Shown: positions 32,600 to 42,248, numbered from the stretch's first letter. The stretch is 64,000 bases of DNA from Sphingobium sp. (GCF_036170395.1 NZ_JAVHPD010000012.1:13337-77336); one strand, 5' to 3'. A program made the numbers and translations. The notes: generated from the sequence alone by a model not told the origin.

Positions 32600-33712
32600 T
32601 TAGAAGACGACGACCGATCGGATCGACTTGCCGGCATGCATCAGGTCGAAGGCGGTGTTGATCTCCTCCAGCCCCATGACATGGGTTATCATCGGGTCGA
32701 TCTGGATCTTGCCGGTCATGTACATGTCGACGATCTTGGGGACATCGGTGCGCCCCTTCGCCCCGCCGAACGCGGTGCCACGCCAGTTGCGGCCGGTGAC
32801 AAGCTGGAACGGGCGGGTGCTGATTTCCTTGCCCGCTTCCGCCACCCCGATGATGATGCTGGTGCCCCAGCCGCGATGGCACGCCTCCAGCGCGGTGCGC
32901 ATCACTTCGGTATTGCCGGTCGCGTCGAACGTGTAATCCGCGCCGCCGTCGGTCAGTTCGACTACCTTGGCGACCGTTTCCTCGCGGCTCAGCCCCTTGC
33001 TGTTGAGGAAGTCGGTCATGCCGAACTTGCGGCCCCATTCCTCGCGATCGGGGTTGATATCGACGCCGATGATCTTGTTCGCGCCGGCCAGACGCGCCCC
33101 CTGGATGACGTTGAGGCCGATGCCGCCCAGGCCGAAGACGACGACATTGTCGCCCACCTGCACCTTCGCCGTGTTGATGACCGCGCCGACGCCCGTGGTG
33201 ACGCCGCACCCGATATAGCAGCTCGACTGGAAAGGAGCATCCTCGCGGATTTTCGCCACCGCGATCTCGGGCAGCACGGTGAAGTTGGAGAAGGTCGAGC
33301 AGCCCATATAATGGTAGATCGGCTGCCCCTTGTAGGAAAAGCGGGTCGTGCCGTCGGGCATCAGCCCCTTGCCCTGGGTCGCGCGGATCGCGGTGCACAG
33401 GTTCGTCTTGCCGCTGAGGCAGCTTTTGCACTGGCGACATTCGGGCGTGTAGAGCGGGATCACATGGTCGCCGGGCTTGACCGAGGTGACGCCCACGCCG
33501 ACCTCCCGCACGATGCCCGCGCCTTCATGGCCCAGGATCGAGGGGAAAATGCCTTCGCTGTCGAAGCCGTCGAGCGTGTAGGCGTCGGTATGGCAGATGC
33601 CGGTCGCCATGATTTCGACCAGCACCTCGCCGGGCTTTGGCCCTTCCAGGTCGAGTTCGACGATCTCGAGAGGCTTCTTGGCTTCAAAAGCGACGGCTGC
33701 ACGGGTTTTCAT
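32600..33712 (-). CDS. frmA: S-(hydroxymethyl)glutathione dehydrogenase / class III alcohol dehydrogenase
   Basis: GICHTD, GHEGAG, structural Zn site CRQCKSC, GLGGIG and [12 protein letters not shown]. Confidence 0.96.
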   Translation of the reverse strand: MKTRAAVAFEAKKPLEIVELDLEGPKPGEVLVEIMATGICHTDAYTLDGFDSEGIFPSILGHEGAGIVREVGVGVTSVKPGDHVIPLYTPECRQCKSCLSGKTNLCTAIRATQGKGLMPDGTTRFSYKGQPIYHYMGCSTFSNFTVLPEIAVAKIREDAPFQSSCYIGCGVTTGVGAVINTAKVQVGDNVVVFGLGGIGLNVIQGARLAGANKIIGVDINPDREEWGRKFGMTDFLNSKGLSREETVAKVVELTDGGADYTFDATGNTEVMRTALEACHRGWGTSIIIGVAEAGKEISTRPFQLVTGRNWRGTAFGGAKGRTDVPKIVDMYMTGKIQIDPMITHVMGLEEINTAFDLMHAGKSIRSVVVF

Positions 33713-33834
33713 CTTGTCTCCAGACTCTTTGCGGTGCCGGCGGCGGCGCCTCGACGGCTCACCGTGATAATAGTATAGCTGTCCTGCGATAATATAGTTT
33801 CTGCGAAAATCATCTTTTCATATATGGGATAATC

Positions 33835-34734
33835 ATGTCGGGGTGGGATGGGATAGACGAGTTTCTGAGCGTCGCAACGACCGGCTCCTTCACGAAGGGC
33901 GCGCGCGCGCTCGGCATGTCCACCACGCATGTCAGCCGCGCGATCATGGCGCTGGAGCGGCGCGTCGCCGCGCAGCTCTTCCATCGCACCACCCGCAACG
34001 TCCGGCTGACCGATACGGGCCAGGCCTTTTACGAGCGGTGCGCCCGGATCGCGCAGGAGCGGGACGAGGCGATCGCGCTGATTAGCGAACGCAGCGAGCC
34101 GCAGGGCGAGTTGCGGGTGACCTGTTCCACGACCATGGGCGAGCGGTTCGTCGCCCCGATCCTGCGCCGCTTCGCAGGTCAGCATCCGCGCCTGTCGGTG
34201 TCGATCGACCTGTCCAACCGGGTGGTCGATCTGGCGAGCGAGGGCTATGATCTGGCGATCCGCACCGGAACGGTCACCGATCCCCGGCTGATCGCAACGC
34301 GGGTCGCTTCCCGCACCCTCTATACCTGCGCCGCGCCGAGCTATCTCAACAGCGCCGGCCGCCCGGACCGGATCGAGGCTTTGGCGGACCATGCCTGCAT
34401 CGTCGGCACGGCGGCGACGTGGCACTTCCGGCAGGGCGATCGGGAAATCCTCCACCGGCCCAGGGGGCGGTTCCGCTGCAACAGCGGCCATGCGGTAATC
34501 GAGGCTTGTGTCGCCGGGTTCGGCATCTGCCAGCTGCCCGACTTCTACATATTGCCCTATCTCAAACATGGCATGGTCGAACTGCTGCTGGAGGAGGCGC
34601 AGCCCGAGGACGAACCGATTTGGGCCGTCTATCCGCAGCGCCGCCATTTGCTGCCCAAGGTGGCGCAGGCGGTCGAACTGTTGCAGCGCGAACTGGGACG
34701 GGCGATGAACCGGCCGAGCGCGCAGCCGCTTTAG
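33835..34734 (+). CDS. LysR-family regulator, divergent from frmA
   Basis: N-terminal GSFTKGARALGMS..HVSR...LE HTH and a LysR substrate-binding domain. Confidence 0.92.
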   Translation: MSGWDGIDEFLSVATTGSFTKGARALGMSTTHVSRAIMALERRVAAQLFHRTTRNVRLTDTGQAFYERCARIAQERDEAIALISERSEPQGELRVTCSTTMGERFVAPILRRFAGQHPRLSVSIDLSNRVVDLASEGYDLAIRTGTVTDPRLIATRVASRTLYTCAAPSYLNSAGRPDRIEALADHACIVGTAATWHFRQGDREILHRPRGRFRCNSGHAVIEACVAGFGICQLPDFYILPYLKHGMVELLLEEAQPEDEPIWAVYPQRRHLLPKVAQAVELLQRELGRAMNRPSAQPL

Positions 34735-34976
34735 GCCGCACCGGCAGGATGGAGCCGTTGGAGGGCGGCGGCGGCGATCGGCGAGAGCGCCTCGGGCTGC
34801 TCCGCCGCCAGCGCACGGATTCGCGCGCGCATGGCGGGATCCCAATAGAGGCTGATATGGGTGGCGGTCTGCGCCGCCGCCTGCGCCTCGCCGTCCGTCG
34901 CGAAGTTGCGGGCGATCTGGTTCGCCATGTAGATCAGCCGGTCGCCGGTGGACATCACATGGGTGTCGTCGCTCAT
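34731..34976 (-). CDS. fdsD: NAD-dependent formate dehydrogenase delta subunit
   Basis: LIYMANQIARNF...HISLYWDPAMR. Confidence 0.88.
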   Translation of the reverse strand: MSDDTHVMSTGDRLIYMANQIARNFATDGEAQAAAQTATHISLYWDPAMRARIRALAAEQPEALSPIAAAALQRLHPAGAA

Positions 34977-34980
34977 CGCG

Positions 34981-37827
34981 CTACTCCGCGGCTTCGAGCG
35001 GCAGGATACGGCGGCTCTGCCGCGCCTGCCGCGCATAATCCTGCTGCCAGTCGCTCGGCCCGTTGCTGGCCGACACCTGCACCGCCGTCACTTTATATTC
35101 GGGGCAGTTGGTGGCCCAGTCCGAATAGTCGGTGGTGATGACGTTGGCCTGCGTCTCGGGGTGGTGGAAGGTTGTGTAGACGACGCCCGGCGCGACGCGG
35201 TCGGTCACCAGCGCGCGCAGCGTCGTCTCCCCTGCCCGGCTGCGCAGCGTCACCCAGTCGCCATCCTTCAACCCCCGGTTCTCCGCGTCGCTCGGATGGA
35301 TTTCCAGCCGGTCCTCGGGATGCCAGGCGGTGTTGGCGGTGCGGCGGGTCTGCGCGCCGACATTATAATGGCTAAGGATGCGCCCCGTGGTGAGCAGCAG
35401 CGGGAAGCGCGGGCCGGTCTTCTCATCGGTGGGCACATAGTCGGTGACGACGAACTTGCCCCGCCCCCGCACGAAACCATCGATGTGCATGGTGGGGGTG
35501 CCGTGCGGCGCGGCGTCGTTCGCCGGCCATTGCAGCGATCCTTCCGCGTCCAGCCGGTCATAGCTGACACCCGCAAAGGTCGGGGTGAGCGCCGCGATCT
35601 CGTCCATGATCTCGGACGGGTGCTCGTATGCCCAGCCCAGCCCCATCGCGTTCGCCACCAGTTGCACGATCTCCCAGTCGGCGTAACCGTTCAAGGGCGC
35701 CATCACCTTGCGCACGCGCTGGATGCGCCGCTCGGCATTGGTGAAAGTGCCGTCCTTTTCGAGGAAGGTCGATCCCGGCAGGAAGACATGCGCGTAATTG
35801 GCGGTTTCGTTGAGGAACAGATCCTGCACCACCACACACTCCATGGCGGCAAGCCCAGCGGCGACATGATGGGTGTTGGGATCGGACTGGAGAATATCCT
35901 CGCCCTGCACGAACAGCGCCTTGAACGCGCCGTCGGTCGCGGCGTCGAGCATATTGGGGATACGCAGGCCCGGCTCCGCGTCCAGCGCGACGCCCCAGGC
36001 ATCCTCGAACAGCTTTCGCGTGGCATCGTCCGATACATGGCGATAGCCGGAAAATTCATGGGGGAAGCTGCCCATGTCGCAGGCGCCCTGCACATTATTC
36101 TGGCCGCGCAGCGGGTTCACACCCACGCCCTCGCGCCCGATATTGCCCGTCGCCATGGCTAGGTTCGCGATCGCCATGACGGTCGAACTGCCCTGGCTAT
36201 GCTCGGTGACGCCCAGGCCATAATAGATCGCCGCATTGCCGCCGGTGGCGTACAGCCGTGCGGCGGCGCGGACGTCCTGCGGATCGACCCCGGTCAGCGG
36301 CTCGATCGCTTCCGGCGAGCGCGCGGGCTCAGACACGAAATCCGCCCAGTCCTGAAATTCGTCCCAGTCGCAGCGCTCGCGGATGAAGGCTTCGTCATAG
36401 AGCTTCTCGGTGACGATCACATGCGCCATCGCAGTCAGCATCGCAACATTGGTGCCGGGGCGTAAGGGCAGATGATGCTCCGCCTCGACATGGGGCGACT
36501 TGACGAGATCGGTGCGGCGCGGATCGATGACGATCAGCTTCGCGCCCTGACGGAGCCTGCGCTTCATGCGGCTGGCGAACACCGGATGCCCGTCGGTCGG
36601 GTTCGCGCCGATGACGAGGATGACGTCCGACCGCATCACGCTGTCGAAATCCTGCGTTCCGGCCGATGTGCCGAAGGTGGTCTTGAGGCCATAGCCGGTC
36701 GGCGAGTGGCAGACGCGGGCGCAGGTATCGACATTATTGTTGCCGAAGCCCTGCCGGATCAGCTTCTGGACGAGGAAGGTTTCCTCGTTGGTGCAGCGGC
36801 TCGACGTGATACCGCCGACGCTGCGGGTGCCATATTTCGCCTGGATGCGGCGGAATTCGGACGCGGTGTGGGCGATCGCCTCCTCCCAGCTGACTTCGCG
36901 CCAGGGTTCATCGACCGAGGCACGGATCATGGGGTTGAGGATGCGCTCCTTATGCTGGGCATAGCCCCAGGCGAAGCGGCCCTTGACGCAGCTATGGCCG
37001 CGATTGGCCTTGCCGTCCTTCCACGGCACCATCCGCACCAGCTCCTCGCCCCGCATTTCCGCGCGGAAGGTGCAGCCGACGCCGCAATAGGCGCAGGTGG
37101 TAACGACCGCGCGGTCGGGCGTGCCGGTTTCGACCACCTTCTTCTCGATGAGGCTGGCGGTCGGACAGGCCTGAACGCAGGCGCCGCAGGACACGCATTC
37201 GGAGCCGAGGAAATCCTCGCCCTGCGACGGCGCGACCTTCGACTCGAAGCCCTTATTCTCGATGGTCAGCGCGAAGGTGCCCTGCACCTCCTCGCAGGCG
37301 CGCACGCAGCGCGAGCAGACGATGCATTTGCTGGGATCGAAGTCGAAATAGGGGTTCGACTGGTCCTTCGCCTGGCCCATATTGGTCGCGCCGTCATAGC
37401 CGTAGCGCACGTCGCGCAGGCCGACCGCGCCCGCCTGGTCCTGCAGTTCGCAGTCGCCATTGGCGGCGCAAGTGAGGCAATCGAGCGGATGGTCGGAGAT
37501 ATAAAGCTCCATTACCCCGCGCCGCAGCTGCTTCAGCCGATCGGTCTGGGTGCGCACGACCATGCCGTCTACAATCGGCGTCGTGCAGGAGGCGGGATAG
37601 CCGGCGCGCCCCTCCACCTCGACCAGGCAGAGGCGGCAGGAGCCGAAACTCTCCACGCTGTCAGTCGCGCACAGCTTGGGGATGGAGCCGCCCGCGAGCG
37701 AGGCGGCGCGCATGATGCTGGTGCCTTCGGGCAGGGTCAGGCTCTGTCCGTCGATCGTGACGGTGACGGTCTTGCCGGTCGCCAGCGCGGGCGGCGTGCC
37801 ATGATCGGTTTCGCGGGAAAAGCTCAT
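34981..37827 (-). CDS. fdsA: NAD-dependent formate dehydrogenase alpha subunit (Mo-bisPGD, Cys ligand)
   Basis: N-terminal Fe-S clusters, CAYCGVGC, DTCARVCH, LRGQNNVQG and LLLTTGRILSHYN. Confidence 0.95.
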   Translation of the reverse strand: MSFSRETDHGTPPALATGKTVTVTIDGQSLTLPEGTSIMRAASLAGGSIPKLCATDSVESFGSCRLCLVEVEGRAGYPASCTTPIVDGMVVRTQTDRLKQLRRGVMELYISDHPLDCLTCAANGDCELQDQAGAVGLRDVRYGYDGATNMGQAKDQSNPYFDFDPSKCIVCSRCVRACEEVQGTFALTIENKGFESKVAPSQGEDFLGSECVSCGACVQACPTASLIEKKVVETGTPDRAVVTTCAYCGVGCTFRAEMRGEELVRMVPWKDGKANRGHSCVKGRFAWGYAQHKERILNPMIRASVDEPWREVSWEEAIAHTASEFRRIQAKYGTRSVGGITSSRCTNEETFLVQKLIRQGFGNNNVDTCARVCHSPTGYGLKTTFGTSAGTQDFDSVMRSDVILVIGANPTDGHPVFASRMKRRLRQGAKLIVIDPRRTDLVKSPHVEAEHHLPLRPGTNVAMLTAMAHVIVTEKLYDEAFIRERCDWDEFQDWADFVSEPARSPEAIEPLTGVDPQDVRAAARLYATGGNAAIYYGLGVTEHSQGSSTVMAIANLAMATGNIGREGVGVNPLRGQNNVQGACDMGSFPHEFSGYRHVSDDATRKLFEDAWGVALDAEPGLRIPNMLDAATDGAFKALFVQGEDILQSDPNTHHVAAGLAAMECVVVQDLFLNETANYAHVFLPGSTFLEKDGTFTNAERRIQRVRKVMAPLNGYADWEIVQLVANAMGLGWAYEHPSEIMDEIAALTPTFAGVSYDRLDAEGSLQWPANDAAPHGTPTMHIDGFVRGRGKFVVTDYVPTDEKTGPRFPLLLTTGRILSHYNVGAQTRRTANTAWHPEDRLEIHPSDAENRGLKDGDWVTLRSRAGETTLRALVTDRVAPGVVYTTFHHPETQANVITTDYSDWATNCPEYKVTAVQVSASNGPSDWQQDYARQARQSRRILPLEAAE

Positions 37828-39443
37828 TCCGCGGCCTCCTTGATGGGCGCGGTCGCGCCGAAATCCTCGGGAAAATAGTCGAGCGCGCTCAGCACCGGAT
37901 AGGGGGTGAAGCCGCCGAGCGCGCAGAGCGAGCCATATTTCATCGTGTCGGCAAGGTCTCGCAGCAGGGTGGTCTGCGCTTCGAGCGAGACGTCGATCCG
38001 GTCGGGCGCGCGGGAATAGAGGGCTTTACCCAGATACCCACCCTCCGTTCGTGCTGAGCCTGTCGAAGCACGCGCGCGCCCTTCGACAGGCTCAGGGCGA
38101 ACGGCTGTTGCGCTATCCCGCGCCGCGATGATCCGGTCCATGATCTCCACCCCGCGCGTCGATCCGATGCGGCAGGGCGTGCATTTGCCGCAGCTTTCCG
38201 CCGCGCAGAATTCCATCGCGAAGCGCGCCATATGCGCCATGTCGACGCCGTCGTCGAACACGGTGATGCCCGCATGGCCGATCAGTCCGCCCGCCTGCGC
38301 AAAGGCTTCATAGTCGAAGGGCAGATGAAACATGCTCGGCGGGAAATAGGCGCCCAATGGCCCGCCCACCTGCACCGCGCGCACCGGGCGGCCGCTCGCC
38401 GTGCCGCCGCCGATGTCGTTCACGAGTTCGCCCAGCGTGACGCCGAAGCCGATTTCGTAGAGGCCGCCATGCTGCACATTGCCGGCGAGCTGCACCGGCA
38501 TGGTGCCGCGCGACCGGCCGAAGCCGACCGCCGCATAAGCCTCCGCCCCCTCCGCCAGGATGAAGGGTACGGCGGCGAGGCTCAGCACATTGTTGATGAC
38601 GGTCGGCTGGCCGAACAGCCCCTTGATCGCGGGCAGCGGCGGCTTGGCGCGCACTTGCCCGCGCTTGCCCTCGATCGAGTCGAGCAGCGCGGTCTCCTCA
38701 CCGCAGACATAGGCGCCCGCGCCTTCGCGCACCTCCAGCGTGAAGGGCGCGACCAGATGCGCCGACGCCTCGATCGCGGCGCGCATCGTGGAACACGCAA
38801 AGGGATATTCGCTGCGGATATAGATATAGCCGTGTGCCGCGCCGACCGCATGGGCGGCGATCGCCATACCCTCGATCAGGCAATAGGGGTCGCCTTCCAT
38901 CAGCATCCGGTCGGCGAAGGTGCCGCTGTCGCCCTCGTCGGCGTTGCAGACGATATATTTGGGGGAGGCGGGCGCATCCAGCACGGTCTGCCACTTGATC
39001 CCGGTCGGGAAGCCCGCGCCGCCCCGCCCGCGCAGGCCCGACGCCTTGACTGCATCGACCACCTGCTGGGGGCTGAGAGCGCGGGCGGCTTCCAGCCCTT
39101 TCCAACCGCCATGCGCGGCATAATCGGCAAGGCTCAGCGGATCGATGACGCCGCAGCGGGCGAAGGTGAAACGCTGCTGGCTGGCGAAGAAGGGCAGCTC
39201 ATCGACAGGGCCGAACCGCGCTGGATGCGTGCCCGCCAGCACCGCCGCCGCATCGGCCGAGGTGATCGGGCCATAGCCGATCCGCCCTGCGGCCGTCTCC
39301 ACCTCCACCAGCGGCTCGATGCTGAAAAGCCCGCGCGATCCGGTCCGCACGACCTCGCAGCCGGCGTCAGCGAAGGCGCGCGCCACATCGTCAGCGCCCA
39401 GCGCGACCGAGGCCATGTCGCCGCTCACATAGACGCGGGTCAT
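37824..39443 (-). CDS. fdsB: NAD-dependent formate dehydrogenase beta subunit (NuoF-like) carrying an in-frame REP-derived insertion
   Basis: SGLRGRGGAGFPTG, CNADEGD, GAGAYVCGEET and ESCGKCTPCR...SLCALG. Confidence 0.93.
   Translation of the reverse strand: MTRVYVSGDMASVALGADDVARAFADAGCEVVRTGSRGLFSIEPLVEVETAAGRIGYGPITSADAAAVLAGTHPARFGPVDELPFFASQQRFTFARCGVIDPLSLADYAAHGGWKGLEAARALSPQQVVDAVKASGLRGRGGAGFPTGIKWQTVLDAPASPKYIVCNADEGDSGTFADRMLMEGDPYCLIEGMAIAAHAVGAAHGYIYIRSEYPFACSTMRAAIEASAHLVAPFTLEVREGAGAYVCGEETALLDSIEGKRGQVRAKPPLPAIKGLFGQPTVINNVLSLAAVPFILAEGAEAYAAVGFGRSRGTMPVQLAGNVQHGGLYEIGFGVTLGELVNDIGGGTASGRPVRAVQVGGPLGAYFPPSMFHLPFDYEAFAQAGGLIGHAGITVFDDGVDMAHMARFAMEFCAAESCGKCTPCRIGSTRGVEIMDRIIAARDSATAVRPEPVEGRARASTGSARTEGGYLGKALYSRAPDRIDVSLEAQTTLLRDLADTMKYGSLCALGGFTPYPVLSALDYFPEDFGATAPIKEAAE
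38045..38104. repeat. REP-like palindrome inside the fdsB coding sequence
   Basis: ccgttcgtgctgagcctgtcgaag-N12-cttcgacaggctcagggcgaacgg. 60 bp, same family as 3892-3953. Confidence 0.85.
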
Positions 39444-39892
39444 GCCGCCACCTCCAGCGCGATGCGGTCGAGCGCCGCCGCGTCGATCCGCGCGACCGGC
39501 CGCCCATCGACCAGCGCATTGGGGCCGATCGCGCAGAGGCCGAGGCAATAGACCGGCTCCAGGCTGACCTGCCCGTCGGCGCGGGTGTCGCCCATCGCTA
39601 CGCCCAGTCGCTGCGCCGCTTCCACCTCGATGGCCGCGCCGCCGCGCGCCTGGCAGCTTTCCGCGCGGCAGAGCTTCACGACATGGCGGCCCGGCGCGGT
39701 GCGGCGGAAATCATGATAGAAGGTGACGACGCCATGCACGTCGGCGCGGCTGAGATTGAGCGCCCTGGCGATGGCGGGCACCAGCGCATCGTCGATATAG
39801 CCCGCTTCTTCCTGCACGGCATGAAGCAGCGGCAGGAGTTGATCGCGGCCGTCGCCATGGACCGCTACCCAGCCTTCGATAAATGCGTCCAT
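39440..39892 (-). CDS. fdsG: NAD-dependent formate dehydrogenase gamma subunit (NuoE-like)
   Basis: LNLSRADVHGVVTFYHDF, CRAESC and CLGLCAIGP. Confidence 0.92.
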   Translation of the reverse strand: MDAFIEGWVAVHGDGRDQLLPLLHAVQEEAGYIDDALVPAIARALNLSRADVHGVVTFYHDFRRTAPGRHVVKLCRAESCQARGGAAIEVEAAQRLGVAMGDTRADGQVSLEPVYCLGLCAIGPNALVDGRPVARIDAAALDRIALEVAA

Positions 39893-39971
39893 ATAAGTTG
39901 ACCCGTCGCCATTTTCGGGTCGGTAGCGTGGCGCGCGGCTGGCCGTTCGTCAAATCGATCCGGCCTATATA

Positions 39972-39990
39972 TGATAGACCAATCCTATCA
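39972..39990. promoter_or_regulatory. LysR-type binding box upstream of fdsG
   Basis: tgATAG-accaatc-CTATca, a T-N11-A dyad about 80 nt upstream of the fdsG start. Confidence 0.6.
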
Positions 39991-40890
39991 GTCGGCCCGA
40001 AAGCCCGGCGGCAGGCGCAGCTGGCGCGCGACGCCGAGCACCGCCTGAGCAAGCGGGCCGACCGGCGTGCTGTTGGCGACGATCACGCCGACCTTGCTGC
40101 CTTCGTGCATCTCGGGCAGCGGCGCCGTGCGCGCCCAGGAAAGGCCGTCGAGCAACGTCGCATGGCTGTCCGGGATGATCGAGCAGAGCCGGCCATGCTG
40201 CACCAGCGCGAGCAGCGCGATATAGCTGTCGGCGGTGACCAGCGGGCGGATCGCCAGGCCGCGCTCGGCGAGGCGAGCGTCGAGGATGCGACGATTCTGC
40301 ATCCCCTGGTGCAGCAGGCAGAGCGGCAGCCCGGCAAGATCGGACCAGCCGAGCGGATCGGGCACAGCGACGCCGCCGGTCGCGCTCACCAGCATCGTGC
40401 GTTCGGCATAGAGCGGGACCGAGAGCGCATGGGCCGGCGGCTCGAAATCGAGATAGGTGATGCCAGCGTCCAGCTCGAACGCGGCCAGCTCCCGCTCGAT
40501 CTGGCGCGAGGTCAGGGCGCGCACCGACATATTGAGCCCCGGATGCCGGTCCAGCATCGCGCGCGCCAGGCTGCCGACGATCGGCATGGCGGCGGGGATC
40601 GCGCCGATCCGCAACTCGCCCTTCAGAGGGCCGCGCGCCGTCTCGGCGGCCTGCTCCATCGCTTCGGCGGCGGCCACGAGCTGGCGCGCCCAGGGGAGGA
40701 TCGCCTCGCCCTCGGCCGTCAGCCCGACGAACTTGCGGTCGCGCCGGATCAGCCGCTTGCCCAGTTGCGCTTCGAGCGAAGCGATGCCGGCCGACAGGCT
40801 GGGCTGCGAGACGTTGCAGGCGGCGGCGGCGCGGGCGAAATGGCCTTCGCGTTCGATGGCGAGGAAATATTCGACGAGCCGGGTCTGCAT
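39988..40890 (-). CDS. LysR-family regulator (FdsR-like by position)
   Basis: HFARAAAACNVSQPSLSAGIASLE HTH, immediately upstream of fdsGBAD. Confidence 0.9.
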   Translation of the reverse strand: MQTRLVEYFLAIEREGHFARAAAACNVSQPSLSAGIASLEAQLGKRLIRRDRKFVGLTAEGEAILPWARQLVAAAEAMEQAAETARGPLKGELRIGAIPAAMPIVGSLARAMLDRHPGLNMSVRALTSRQIERELAAFELDAGITYLDFEPPAHALSVPLYAERTMLVSATGGVAVPDPLGWSDLAGLPLCLLHQGMQNRRILDARLAERGLAIRPLVTADSYIALLALVQHGRLCSIIPDSHATLLDGLSWARTAPLPEMHEGSKVGVIVANSTPVGPLAQAVLGVARQLRLPPGFRAD

Positions 40891-40920
40891 GGGTGAAGGA
40901 TAGCGCAAAGCGCTGCGCCG

Positions 40921-40939
40921 TCATAGGACGGACCTATGA
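40921..40939. promoter_or_regulatory. LysR-type box upstream of the LysR gene (likely autoregulation)
   Basis: tcATAG-gacggac-CTATga, the same dyad as 39972-39990. Confidence 0.55.
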
Positions 40940-40943
40940 GCGG

Positions 40944-42248
40944 TCAATCCTCCAATATGGCGCTCTCGCGGCGGGTGTCGCGCATCCGCAGATAGACGAT
41001 CAGCGACAGGGCGATCATGCCGGTCACATACCAGTAGAAGCCGCGCTCCCAGCCTTCATCCTTGAAGCGCAGCGCGACATATTCGGCGGTCCCACCGAAC
41101 AAGGTGTTGGCGAGCGCATAGGGCAGAGCGACGCCAAGCGCGCGGATATGGGCGGGGAACATTTCCGCCTTCACCACCGCGTTGATCGAGGTGTAGCCGG
41201 TGACGATCACAAGGCCACCGAGCACCAGCAGAAAGGCGGTCAAGGGATCGCGCGTCGTTTCGAGCGTGGCGAAGAGCGGGTAGGTGCAGATCATGCCGAG
41301 CAGGCCGAAGCCGACCAGCAGCGGCTTGCGGCCGATCCGGTCGCTGAGCGCCCCGGCGACCGGCTGGAGCAGCATGAACAGGAACAAGGTGCCGCCATTG
41401 ATGCGCGAGGCGGTTTCCCGGTCGAAGCTGCTGGTGTTGACCAGGAATTTCTGCATGTAGATCGAATAGGCATAGAAAGCGAGCGTGCCGCCGGCGGTCA
41501 TCAGCATGACCGTGATCGCCTCGCGCGGGTGATGGCGGAACAGGGCGAGCAGCCCTGATTTGGGCGCATCGCTGCCCTTCGCCTTCTCGAAACTCTCGGT
41601 CTCGGCAAGGCCGCTGCGGATCCAGAACACCACAACCGCAAGCGCCGCGCCGATTGCGAAGGGGATGCGCCAGCCCCAGGCGTCGAGCGCAGCCTCGCTC
41701 AGGATCGTCTGGAGCGCGAGCAGGACGCCGATCGCCAGCAACTGCCCGCCGATCAGCGTCACATATTGGAAGGAGGAAAAGAAACCGCGCCGGTTCTTCC
41801 CCGCCATTTCCGACAAATAGGTGGCGCTGGCGCCATATTCCCCGCCAACCGACAGCCCCTGCATCAGCCGCGCGAGCACGAGCAACGCGGGCGCGAGCAG
41901 GCCGACGCTCTCATAGGTGGGCGCGATCGCGATCAGCAGCGACCCCGCGCACATCAGCGTCACCGAAAGGGCAAGCCCGCTCTTGCGCCCCCGCCGGTCG
42001 GCATAGATGCCCATGATCCATGCGCCGAGCGGCCGCATGAAGAAGCCGACCGCGAACACCGCCGCCGCGCCGAGCAGTTCTGCCGTCGGGTTATCGGACG
42101 GGAAGAAATGCGGCGCGAAATAGAGGGTGAAGGCGGCATAGGCATACCAGTCATACCATTCGACCAGATTGCCGGTCGATCCGCCGATGATGGCCTTCGC
42201 GCGGTCGCGGGCGGAGGGGCTGCGTGTGTCGAGGGAGGATATCGTCAT
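40944..42248 (-). CDS. MFS transporter, metabolite:H+ symporter family (KgtP-like)
   Basis: GNLVEWYDWYAY, FFMRPLGA, DRRGRK and RLMQGLSVGGEYG. Confidence 0.92.
   Translation of the reverse strand: MTISSLDTRSPSARDRAKAIIGGSTGNLVEWYDWYAYAAFTLYFAPHFFPSDNPTAELLGAAAVFAVGFFMRPLGAWIMGIYADRRGRKSGLALSVTLMCAGSLLIAIAPTYESVGLLAPALLVLARLMQGLSVGGEYGASATYLSEMAGKNRRGFFSSFQYVTLIGGQLLAIGVLLALQTILSEAALDAWGWRIPFAIGAALAVVVFWIRSGLAETESFEKAKGSDAPKSGLLALFRHHPREAITVMLMTAGGTLAFYAYSIYMQKFLVNTSSFDRETASRINGGTLFLFMLLQPVAGALSDRIGRKPLLVGFGLLGMICTYPLFATLETTRDPLTAFLLVLGGLVIVTGYTSINAVVKAEMFPAHIRALGVALPYALANTLFGGTAEYVALRFKDEGWERGFYWYVTGMIALSLIVYLRMRDTRRESAILED

Noticed and set aside
33760-33834. Specific LysR operator between frmA and its regulator (GAAAA-N5-TTTTC at 33805-19)
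   Set aside because: A site is plausible here, but the dyad is short and the region AT-rich, so I could not single out one box with confidence.
34981-37827. Selenocysteine in formate dehydrogenase
   Set aside because: The ORF is uninterrupted and the active-site residue is Cys (DTCARVCH).
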